A program made the translations under genes and the position numbers. Of a stretch of 64,000 nucleotides of DNA, positions 39,640-48,632 are shown one piece after another. Position 1 is the stretch's first letter. Each line of letters opens with the position of its first letter. The stretch lies in assembly GCA_963663405.2 (NCBI GenBank), contig CAXXSM010000110.1, positions 1-64,000 of the forward strand, given 5' to 3'. The notes beneath the pieces are model-generated. The model ran no database searches and was not told the DNA's origin. It saw only the letters and a list, made by a program, of their open reading frames with translations. This DNA is from a bacterium. Lineage in GTDB: Bacteria > Hinthialibacterota > Hinthialibacteria > Hinthialibacterales > Hinthialibacteraceae.

Positions 39640-40137
39640 TTTGGAACCTCCATTGTTATGGTTGAGGCAAAACGGCCTGGCAGGCCAGTATCTGCCCTGC
39701 CTGGTTGTTTTGCTATTTGGATTCGGTTTTGAATAGAAAATGCGATCGGATTGATCGAGAAGAGATGCAGAGAGTATTCACTAGGCGAATCTCGCCATTT
39801 TACGTTTCTCGACGGGAATGTCCCGTATGGATTTCATGTCTTGACCACAGACCGTTCGTTCGCTGTTCAACGGTTTGTTGGGACAAACCGGATACGGACA
39901 AAGGTTTCATGCGGTCTTTTTTTGGTCTTCCAACCTGAAAGTCATCTCATTTTCCTGGCGGAAAAGATTCTACTTTCGGATGGTGTTTTGTTGTTCTTGC
40001 GCAGAAGTGAATTCCCTCCGGTTTATAAATCTTCCGGTTTTGAGCGTTTGGACAACTCTCTTTTGAGAGGATTGTTGTACCTCTTGAGTGACTGCAAACC
40101 GTAACCTTTAAATAGTAGTGACAATTCTCCTTGCTCC

Positions 40138-40311
40138 ATGAAACGAATCACACCCCACACACCGGATGAAGAAATCGCCGATTGGATTGAAGAACAGCTC
40201 AAAGAAGTCAACCTAAAAGTCGAACACATTATTTACCGGCTGCGGTATGAAGATCCACGCATTTGGTTGGCTGAGAACGAGCGAAAAGATAAGAACCTAA
40301 AGAAATATTAA
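40138..40311 (+). CDS. Possible 57-aa protein absent from the ORF track
   Basis: MKRITPHTPDEEIADWIEEQLKEVNLKVEHIIYRLRYEDPRIW... looks protein-like. RBS is weak. Confidence 0.4.
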   Translation: MKRITPHTPDEEIADWIEEQLKEVNLKVEHIIYRLRYEDPRIWLAENERKDKNLKKY

Positions 40312-40679
40312 TCTCTGGATGGGATTGTTTTTTCACCCCTGCCTTTTCGATCAAAATAGACGGTTTCTGAACGAATTCATTTTTTCTTCCTTGTTAAAAT
40401 TTCGTGACTTATCATATGAGGACCATCCAAAAATGACCTCCTACCAAAAACCGTGCGAAAGCGTGGAATTTGAGTTCAATGGGGCAGGGGGACAAGCGAA
40501 CTCCAACTAAAAGATTGAAAAATATGCAGTTTTCTTGCGGAATGGGATGAAATTTTAGGAGGGTATATACCTTTACTATCGTGTAGGCTGTCCATTGAAC
40601 TTATGCATATGACTTTCTCGACGAGAAACATGAATTGAACTCATTTTTTGGTTATTTTACAGCAATCAAAAGAGAATTC

Positions 40680-41093
40680 TCAAAGGTAAAATATCAAATC
40701 CCGTTCTTTCTGTTCCTGGACGGAATCCTTCTTCTGTCGGAAATTCAGAACCAGATTGGCCACTTTCACTAACGCCCGGGGAAACTTGTTGGAAAACACC
40801 CAGCCTTCCCGATAGCCGTATGTCTTGTTAAACCGGGAGACGTGATCGATCAGCCCCATCCGCCGCATTTTGGCGCGAACCGTTTCCAAACTCCGGCGGC
40901 TCAATCCCAGTTGATCTACAATCGGATCCAGGACCGGTAAGAACTGATCCTTGGCCCATTTCAGTTCCACGAAGATCGAGAGAAAAATCTTTTGATGATT
41001 AGAGTTATCCGGAAAGAGAATTCTCGCCAACTCATCCGCGGATTCCAACCGGGATATCGTGTTATGGTTAGTCTCGATTTTTGTGGAAGCCAT
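40680..41093 (-). CDS. Hypothetical wHTH-like protein
   Basis: LGLSRRSLETVRAKMRRMGLID. Tight operon spacing. Confidence 0.72.
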   Translation of the reverse strand: MASTKIETNHNTISRLESADELARILFPDNSNHQKIFLSIFVELKWAKDQFLPVLDPIVDQLGLSRRSLETVRAKMRRMGLIDHVSRFNKTYGYREGWVFSNKFPRALVKVANLVLNFRQKKDSVQEQKERDLIFYL

Positions 41094-41094
41094 T

Positions 41095-41487
41095 TTATTT
41101 AGGGCGGTAGGATCGATTAGCTTGATTGACTCGTTTGCGTAATGTCACTCGTTCTTTCGCGATTTCAAGCGCCTGAGATCGTAGGTATGAGCCAAAATTG
41201 GATTCCAACCAATAGATCGTTGTATACGCGTTCACGTAAATATCGTTGAATAACCGTTGGAATCTCCAGCGGACTCCCTGGCGGGTCATGCCAAACACGC
41301 GCTCTATTTTCATCCCGTAATTCTTGTGCAATACCAATGTTTTTGGATCGGTCTTCTTCAGTTCAATGGATAGATCGTTCTCCTCAAACAGACCTTTCAA
41401 CCGTTGGATGAACTCCAAATCCTTTTGTGTCAGTTTCACTTTTCTTTTAAGGATTGATGTTCTATTTAAGGTTTTCGATCTCCTCAT
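41095..41487 (-). CDS. Basic hypothetical protein, possible HTH
   Basis: FGMTRQGVRWRF. Start uncertain. Confidence 0.65.
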   Translation of the reverse strand: MRRSKTLNRTSILKRKVKLTQKDLEFIQRLKGLFEENDLSIELKKTDPKTLVLHKNYGMKIERVFGMTRQGVRWRFQRLFNDIYVNAYTTIYWLESNFGSYLRSQALEIAKERVTLRKRVNQANRSYRPK

Positions 41488-42235
41488 CGAAATCCCGTTT
41501 AAACACCCAGATATCGTTCCCCTCTTGCCGCAAATGGACTTGCCGGTCATGTTCCATGAATATCAGTGTAATAAACCGCCAGATTCGATCCTTCGGTGTG
41601 GAAGGATGCAACGCCGGTATCTGTGAAAAGAGCACACTGCGCTGGTTTACAAGAGCAGAGATGGCGCGCTGGTAATCGGTCATGCAGAACGTTTCCGAAC
41701 GGTCATATGCAAACTCATCATTCCCCGTTTCGGCGCCGATCAACCGATCCAAATCTTGTTCCAATCCTGGGATGGTGTCCAATTGGGGATAGTCCTCCAA
41801 TTCCAGTTCTTTCGAATGAGAATCCCTTAGCTGTTTTCTCATCCTGTCGCGGTACAGTTGTTTCCGTTCGCGTGATTCTTTCATTCGCTCTCTAAAATAA
41901 TCCGCGTCGAACAGCCGTTCATCAAAGAGAAATCTGGACGGAACGGTAGCGCCGCATTGCGTACAGGCGTAATGATACACTTTCTTCGTTAGCCTGGCTT
42001 TGCAGCAGGGGCTTGATTGAAATTCGATTGTCGGATCGAGTTGAACACCGCAGGAACATCGCCATGTCGTAGGAGAGAGAACCTTCATCTTTTGGCCGCA
42101 TTGGGGGCACCGGTAGCGCATCCGCAGCACCGCCACGTAAAAATCCCGCGCAATAGTCTGGATTGTTGTCACTCGATCGTGAACACGGTCGATCGCCGCA
42201 ATCAGAGGATTTGGATTCCTTCGTGGAATGAGCAT
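41462..42235 (-). CDS. Double Zn-ribbon protein with ScpA-like C-terminal winged helix
   Basis: CPQC, CSCG, SPCC, CTQC. C-terminal FITLIFMEHDRQVHLRQEGNDIWV. Confidence 0.72.
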   Translation of the reverse strand: MLIPRRNPNPLIAAIDRVHDRVTTIQTIARDFYVAVLRMRYRCPQCGQKMKVLSPTTWRCSCGVQLDPTIEFQSSPCCKARLTKKVYHYACTQCGATVPSRFLFDERLFDADYFRERMKESRERKQLYRDRMRKQLRDSHSKELELEDYPQLDTIPGLEQDLDRLIGAETGNDEFAYDRSETFCMTDYQRAISALVNQRSVLFSQIPALHPSTPKDRIWRFITLIFMEHDRQVHLRQEGNDIWVFKRDFDEEIENLK

Positions 42236-42487
42236 GCCATTGGGGATATGCGCAAAGCATATAGATGTTTCGGTTGGAAAAACGAAAGGTTTATATAGAT
42301 GTCGAGACCTATTGTTTTACAGGTGATCAAGTATGGAAGAACTATTTGAATGTCCTTATTGTACATCGTCTAACACAATTTGGCGGGGTTATCGTAAATT
42401 GAAAGAAGGGCGAGTCAGAATTCGCCAATGCAAATCCTGTAAGCGGCGATTCACTCCCAGAAAACAACCGGAATATGGTGATGAACC

Positions 42488-42796
42488 ATGAATGGAATAG
42501 CCGCTAAACCGGAGATGGAATTCAAAGCCGGCGCGGTTCGCGCCGCTATCTGGATGAATCCACATCAATCCGCCGATGGGAAATTGTTTACCAGCGCGAA
42601 AGTCGTGGTGGAACGGATCTACAAGGATGAGAGCGGCCATTTTAAAAGCACACACCGTCTCGATACCAATGATATCCCCAAGGCGATCCTGGTTCTCAAA
42701 AAGGCGTTCGAAGTGCTTACGCTCAAAAAACCGGAGCCAGGATATCAGCCGACACAGTCTTCTCTCCATCCATCGATCCCTAACCGTCTACCATGA
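42488..42796 (+). CDS. Small conserved protein, putative ssDNA-binding (PC4/SSB-like)
   Basis: GAVRAAIWMN...VERIYKD..G.FKST...NDIPKAILVLKKA. Function inferred. Confidence 0.68.
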   Translation: MNGIAAKPEMEFKAGAVRAAIWMNPHQSADGKLFTSAKVVVERIYKDESGHFKSTHRLDTNDIPKAILVLKKAFEVLTLKKPEPGYQPTQSSLHPSIPNRLP

Positions 42797-43032
42797 ATCC
42801 CCGCTTTGAAGATCGGACTTTCTTGGCGAGTGAACCACTGGATTGGATTATGATTCAAAGAATCAGAGATCTGCGAAATCTTGCTGATGCGAGCCATGAT
42901 CGATTGAGAGAATTACGACGGGAGCCCCAAAAGAATTCTTTGGAGATCCGGTTTGAAGAAACTGTTCTTCATTCGACCTTACGAACGATTGAGAAAATGG
43001 AACATTCATTGTTTCTGGAAAGGAATGACTAA
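42793..43032 (+). CDS. Small coiled-coil protein
   Basis: ATGA overlap with the upstream gene. Confidence 0.55.
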   Translation: MNPRFEDRTFLASEPLDWIMIQRIRDLRNLADASHDRLRELRREPQKNSLEIRFEETVLHSTLRTIEKMEHSLFLERND

Positions 43033-44301
43033 AGATTTTGCCCGCAGGTCTTGAAGACCTTTTGGACGACTTTTTCTGGAAGAGAGGAAGACAGTTCCCG
43101 GGTTTTTTCCGTACCGCCCCTTTGAGATTACCCTGGCGTTGATTAAACCGTAGATGTCCAAAAAACTGACGATATCAGAGAATCGCCGCTGTGTGAGTGT
43201 CCGCACATTCCGCTGGTCACAGATGGATCGATAAATATCATAAGCGGGCCCGGTCCAGAGTTTTTCTCGTGAGTTATGCAAGCCAGTATAGCAAGCCAAG
43301 AGAGCGCATTTCTGTTGAGGCGCGAGAGCTTGGATTAACTGCTCGGTCTTGTCGATCTCCAACAAGGAATCCGCCTCATCCACTTCACGCACACCCAGAT
43401 AACCGGTCGAATCTTCGGCGATTTTGACTCCTTTGACTAACAACTCGATGGCTTTGCGCGCGTCTCCATTCTCCCGTGACGCGTATGCGGCGATTTTGCG
43501 GATCGACGCGGGATCGACTTTCCGGATGTCGAGGGCTTTCTCCACCCGGAGATTTAAGATTTCAATCAGATCCATGGCGTCGTAGGGCTCAAAAATAATA
43601 TCCGTCTTTTTGAGCACGGAGAGAATTCGAGGATCCAAGGTTTTGTCCCATTCGATTCGATTGGTCAGCAAGAGATAAAATAAGCGGACGGGAACCCGTT
43701 TGGGCAATGTTTTGGCTAAAAACGTGTAAAAGAGATCGCTGTTGGAGGTGACATTGTCGACCTCGTCCATCACAATGCAGACCAAGTTATGGCGGGCCGT
43801 CAGCGCCCGGATGACGGTCTCTTGCATCTGGTCTAACGCGATGCCTTTGCGGTACCGTTTGGTTGTCCCATCCAAGGATAAGGCCAGCTCGTTCAACGCG
43901 CCAAAACAGGTTTTCGGAGTGGTGAGATCGACGTAATAATACTGAAACTGAATCTGTTTGGCGCCGCACATGGAAGCCAGAGCGTTGAGGAAATGTAAGC
44001 AGGTGACCGATTTGCCCGCGCCGGAAGGGCCGTAGATCAGGAGATTGGCCGGCGAATCACCGGCCAGAACGGGTGATAAGTATTTGGCTAATCGATGCAG
44101 TTGTTGTTGGCGAATGTTGCGTTGAAAGATCTCTTTTAGAACCGTTACCCGTTCGGATTCCGTCAGTTTTTCATCATCGAGATAGGAAGGATTCAGCGTG
44201 ATTTTCTTGTCTTCGATATGAAGAAACGCTTCTTGAATCAGGGATTCTGTGCTCGTTGTCGAGGTGGATGGTTCGGTTCCATAGGAAATCTTCTGACTCA
44301 T
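43029..44301 (-). CDS. cdc6: Orc1/Cdc6-family replication initiator (archaeal type)
   Basis: NLLIYGPSGAGKS, VMDEVD, LDPRILS, FEPYDAMDLIEILNLRV, GDARKAIELL and winged helix LTQRRFSDIVSFLDIYGLINARVISKGRYG. Removing one base of the A-run near 43105 restores KTREL and a stop at 43029. Confidence 0.9.
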
Positions 44302-45058
44302 GCCGTATAGGAAGGCCTCTTTCAATATTTAAATTTTTTCTTGTCCTGAAGGAGTGATAACAGAGAACTGGGAGGGAAGATTTCCTGTGGAACGCAATTA
44401 TAAAATAAGGTTCATCCGGAAATTGGGCACATCGATTGAATTTTTAATAAAAAGTGTAATCGAAAGCCCTATGGATCGTGACGTGTCTGTGGACAAATCT
44501 ATCGATATTGCCCACAGCCACTTGGATAACGATAAAGCCGTTATCCACACGCTCCACAGTTATACGGATAATACCAATTCTATTTTTTTCTTTGTTAATA
44601 ACTGATTGAATATTCTATACTTAAGAATCTTGAAAAACTTGCTAAGATTTAAAGAAATCCTTGTATTGATCATTTTAAAAAACAGATTGCAAAACACCCA
44701 ATAATCAATATTCCGATAGTCTATTCAAAGATTAGATAATCATAGAATAAGATACACAAATATTTGACAGATTACTTTTGACATTTAACAGATCACGGAG
44801 TATCGATGCTTTTTTCCTAGGAAATTTGAGGTATCACAATGATAAAACTTACAAAAAATGGTGAAATTTCCTAAGAAAAAACGCAATGCGCCCAATTTCC
44901 GGATGAGCCTAAAATAAGTTGTTTATTACTTCTTTTATTACATACTATATAGAAAACAAAAACAAACATTCAAATTCAAAAATTTTCATACATATCACAA
45001 TTGAAAATGAGTTTCCACAGGAAATCTCCTCTCATGGTTCGACCAATTTCCAATGAAT
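44277..45058. other. Putative replication origin: mini-ORB-like repeats, DnaA boxes and an AT-rich tract
   Basis: About 8 copies of a 13-mer ending GGAAAT in both orientations. Perfect TTATCCACA at 44541-44549 plus degenerate boxes. AT-rich 44575-44790. Confidence 0.7.
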
Positions 45059-45079
45059 TTCCAATCGTAACATTTATAT

Positions 45080-46327
45080 TTGAGTAGGAACAAATATGAA
45101 TCCATGATTGGAAATCGAATGGCAAATGGGATAGATCATCACGCGTGGACATTCACAAGATCGTCAGTTCCCAATGGATTCTCTGCTTTGACTCAGTGGG
45201 ATACTATCCTCGATCCAACCCATGTTTATCTTCGTCATTCTAACATCATCGATTTTTTCATTTTTGCTCTTATTTTCATCGGAATCGCTCATTTCAGTCT
45301 CCGAAAGAGATTTCCTGGTAGAGCAGGAAGAGCGGTCAGTTTGGGGATTGGATTGGTTCTGGCCTTTTCTATGATTTCTGCGGAAAAGAGATATCAATTT
45401 ACTCTCACTTCATTTGGTACGGTGGCAATTGTCATTTTAACTCTTCTGTTTGGGATTATGGTCTACCAGATTTTTTCGTATTTAAAAATAAGTTCGATTC
45501 TATCTTTTCTTTTAACCTTGGTTGTGATGATGTTGGTAGTTACAACCATCGATCCTTATTTGAATGATCTGGCAAGCGCTATCATTCCTTTTTTGTATCC
45601 ATTGCTCGTAATCGCATTTCTTGTCTCTTTGGTGAAAGCGCTTGCAAAGATTAGTGCCAGGAGTCCGAGTGAAGCTCTGAAAGTCAAATTACATAAACTC
45701 TCCTACAACGATCCCGATCGAATCACCAACAAGAAATTATCCGATGAAGCGAATTCTTTGAAGAAAGTCGGTATTCCTGGAATCAAAAAAATGCAGTCTA
45801 GCATGAAACAGATGAAGACATCGTTTGATGAACTGGATTCTTCCATTCAACATTACGGAGGGAATCCTCGGGCCCGATCCTTGCTCGCTCAGAAAATACA
45901 AATGACGTTTCAATCGAACCGTTATTTGAAAAAATCACTGGATTCTCTTAAAACACTCAATGAACGTCTCCTGGCTCTGGATTCCAGTCTGTTTTCTGCA
46001 AAACAGCGCCAACTGATGGACAAAATGAGTCTAAAAGAACGGAGGAAATTGAAGAAAGAGATACTGGATGAACAGCAAAAGGTTGGATTGGAATCGGAGA
46101 TCGAGGAGTTAGAAACGAGGATTGAGAATCGGGAAATCGCGATTAATCAATCGTTGCGTGATTCCATGAGAAATCTACTGGCTGGAAGAATAGAGGAAGC
46201 GCTCAAGAAGATTCGAATAGCGAGAGTCTGGAAGAAAGAAGGCTATTTGATCGCCCAGCGGATTCAGGATTTGGAAAAGAAAATTTTGAGGATAAGCCTT
46301 TTGGATATCGATCGAACGAAAATTTAA
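45080..46327 (+). CDS. Multi-pass membrane protein with long basic coiled-coil C-terminus
   Basis: About 5 hydrophobic segments followed by a K/E/L-rich coiled coil. Start uncertain. Confidence 0.75.
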   Translation: MSRNKYESMIGNRMANGIDHHAWTFTRSSVPNGFSALTQWDTILDPTHVYLRHSNIIDFFIFALIFIGIAHFSLRKRFPGRAGRAVSLGIGLVLAFSMISAEKRYQFTLTSFGTVAIVILTLLFGIMVYQIFSYLKISSILSFLLTLVVMMLVVTTIDPYLNDLASAIIPFLYPLLVIAFLVSLVKALAKISARSPSEALKVKLHKLSYNDPDRITNKKLSDEANSLKKVGIPGIKKMQSSMKQMKTSFDELDSSIQHYGGNPRARSLLAQKIQMTFQSNRYLKKSLDSLKTLNERLLALDSSLFSAKQRQLMDKMSLKERRKLKKEILDEQQKVGLESEIEELETRIENREIAINQSLRDSMRNLLAGRIEEALKKIRIARVWKKEGYLIAQRIQDLEKKILRISLLDIDRTKI

Positions 46328-46339
46328 CTGGTTAGTAAA

Positions 46340-46990
46340 TCAGCGGTTTTGCACGGTCAAAATCGCATTCATGATCTCACGCATGCGTTCAATTGTATCG
46401 ACCTGATGAGAATCCCTGTGATGATACATCACATCAATCCCAGCAAAGAGATTCCGATGAAGACTTTCCACTTGATACAGATTCTGCTTATCCGCTTCCA
46501 GAACTAGGACAAAACGATATTCATTCTCCCAACCTTGTATCTTCATATGTGGCCGGGCGCGGAGGAAATACTCCTCCGCCCGGTGAACTTGCCGGATGGC
46601 TTCCCCAATATCGTAGAGTCGAGGTTTCATTTCACAGATCAACCATGTCGATCTTTTCTGATCCGCAGAATCTTTCCGAAGCACAACATCAATCACGCCC
46701 CGATCCCCATAATGGTTGTACATGATCTCACAGCCAACCAGGGAGTAATGTTTTAACTTCATCGCCTCAATGAAATTCTGTGTAAATGCGGCGTGTTGAT
46801 GGTCTTTTGTGGAAGGCATTTTCTCATGAGACCAAAGTAAGAATGTATGATTTATAAAACTTTGGATTTTACAAGGTGTGTATTCATAACTCGATTGATT
46901 GAGTAATCGATGCCGGTCAGGATGGTAAACAGGATTGTGTCTATTCGGTGGAATTCGTGGTATGATGATTTTCTCAAGTCTTGCATTCAT
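46340..46990 (-). CDS. PD-(D/E)xK nuclease-fold protein
   Basis: E...GVIDVV...ICEMKP...IGEAIRQV. The true start may be 46819. Confidence 0.62.
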   Translation of the reverse strand: MNARLEKIIIPRIPPNRHNPVYHPDRHRLLNQSSYEYTPCKIQSFINHTFLLWSHEKMPSTKDHQHAAFTQNFIEAMKLKHYSLVGCEIMYNHYGDRGVIDVVLRKDSADQKRSTWLICEMKPRLYDIGEAIRQVHRAEEYFLRARPHMKIQGWENEYRFVLVLEADKQNLYQVESLHRNLFAGIDVMYHHRDSHQVDTIERMREIMNAILTVQNR

Positions 46991-47304
46991 TGACCTTTTT
47001 AGTTTGAATGACTGATTATTTTCAATAAATCGTCATAAACCTTTGTTTTTGAGTGATTTGAGCGTTCATTTCTTTGAAATATAAGGTACACGGATGCAAA
47101 ATCGGCATACATATATAGATATTATATGAGATCAAATTTAATAATTAATGAGTTAAACTTTTTATAATAGGGTATATATAATACTAAATTATTCAAAAAA
47201 TACTCTAACCTTGTGTATTCTCAATTCAAGCAATTTTCCCCTTAAATCAAAAATTTGTTGTGATATCTTATACGTATATTTCGGAGTGATTTTGGAGGAA
47301 AATC

Positions 47305-48411
47305 ATGGCTGATCAAACCCGAAAAAAGAAGATTAAGAGAGTCTATGGAACCGGTTGTCTTTATCAGAGGAATGGGTTTTGGTATGTCAGTTTTCGTCAT
47401 GAAGGTAAACAGTTGGTTCGCGCGGTTGTAGAGCCGAGTACGAAACGGCGGGCGGTGAATAAAATACAAGCCGAAAAATGGGCTCAGGAAATGATGTATC
47501 GAATTTCCCATGGCGAAAAAGGCGCATTGGAAGATCGGATTAAGAAAAAGAATTTGATTTTACTCCAAGAACTTGATGAAGCTTATTGTCAGGCGTTTGA
47601 AGAACAATGGGATGAAAAACGAAGAGTCCATCACCGGAATGTCATAGGGCGGTTTACGAAACGCTTTACTCATATTCGTGATATTACACATGAATCGCTT
47701 GGTCAATACGTGGAAGAACGCAAAAGTCCATCATCCCGTGGTACGATTCGTTCAAACGCAACAATCAACAGAGAACTATCAGAATTACGAAGGATTCTTA
47801 ATTGGGCTTTGCAAGTTGACCTCATTGAGAGAAATCCATTTCTTGGATTTAAACTACTCAAAGAAGAAAACCACCGGGAGAGAATTTTAACGGATGAAGA
47901 ATTACAACGCTTACTTGCGACTCTCAAGAAGAAAGAATTCTCGGATTTTCGTCCAATTGTGTTGATTGCGTTGTATATGGGGATGCGGCGGGGCGAGATC
48001 ATTAATTTGAAATGGTCGGATGTTGATGAAACGAAACAAGAATTCGATCTACTCAAAACCAAAAATGGAAAACGCCGGAGGCTTCCAATCCCCGATATCG
48101 TATGGAAGGAATTGAGAAAGATCAAAAGGAATTCTGAATACATCTTTGCGTCACCAAGGAATCCAGAGCAACCACGAAAAAAGATATGGAATCGTTGGAC
48201 AGCGCTATTGAAAGCTAGTAAGATAGACAACTTTCGCTTCCATGATGCTCGCCACTGGTGTGCATCAAATTTGTTACGAAATGGCGCCGATCTCGCAGTC
48301 GTGAAGGAGATTCTTGGGCATACGACTATCGTGACGACCAGCCGATATTTGAATGTTCTTCAAAAGGAGAAGAAGACTGCGTTGGATGACTTAGAAAGAA
48401 AATTCACTTGA
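47305..48411 (+). CDS. Tyrosine recombinase/phage-type integrase
   Basis: GMRRGEI, KTKNGK, FRFHDARH, ILGH, TSRY. SAM-like ATINRELSELR. Confidence 0.95.
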   Translation: MADQTRKKKIKRVYGTGCLYQRNGFWYVSFRHEGKQLVRAVVEPSTKRRAVNKIQAEKWAQEMMYRISHGEKGALEDRIKKKNLILLQELDEAYCQAFEEQWDEKRRVHHRNVIGRFTKRFTHIRDITHESLGQYVEERKSPSSRGTIRSNATINRELSELRRILNWALQVDLIERNPFLGFKLLKEENHRERILTDEELQRLLATLKKKEFSDFRPIVLIALYMGMRRGEIINLKWSDVDETKQEFDLLKTKNGKRRRLPIPDIVWKELRKIKRNSEYIFASPRNPEQPRKKIWNRWTALLKASKIDNFRFHDARHWCASNLLRNGADLAVVKEILGHTTIVTTSRYLNVLQKEKKTALDDLERKFT

Positions 48412-48632
48412 TCTTGATTAAATATATGGGCATGGAAACAATCTTGACCAATGTTTTTCAAATGGCGCCTATCCAAGTTGTATAAAACTTGATATATCCT
48501 CTTCTAGATGGTTCTAACTCGTACATATTTTAGTCAACATAAAATGATTGAGCAAACACCGTTAATCAATCTAGTGAATTTTCGTTAAATACTAGGTGTA
48601 CAGAATTCCCTATCATCGAATCGAGGTTAAAA

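Larger units (their letters stand above)
29501..48411. mobile_element. Core of an integrative, probably mobilisable element (true ends not identified; may extend left past 21 kb)
   Basis: Tyrosine integrase, Replic_Relax protein, HerA/VirD4-like ATPase, ArdC, CobS/CobT-like pair, Cdc6-like initiator and many small ORFs. Confidence 0.75.

Noticed and set aside
44480-44580. Chromosomal oriC
   Set aside because: No dnaA, dnaN, gyrB or gidA neighbours. The boxes sit inside a mobile element next to cdc6.
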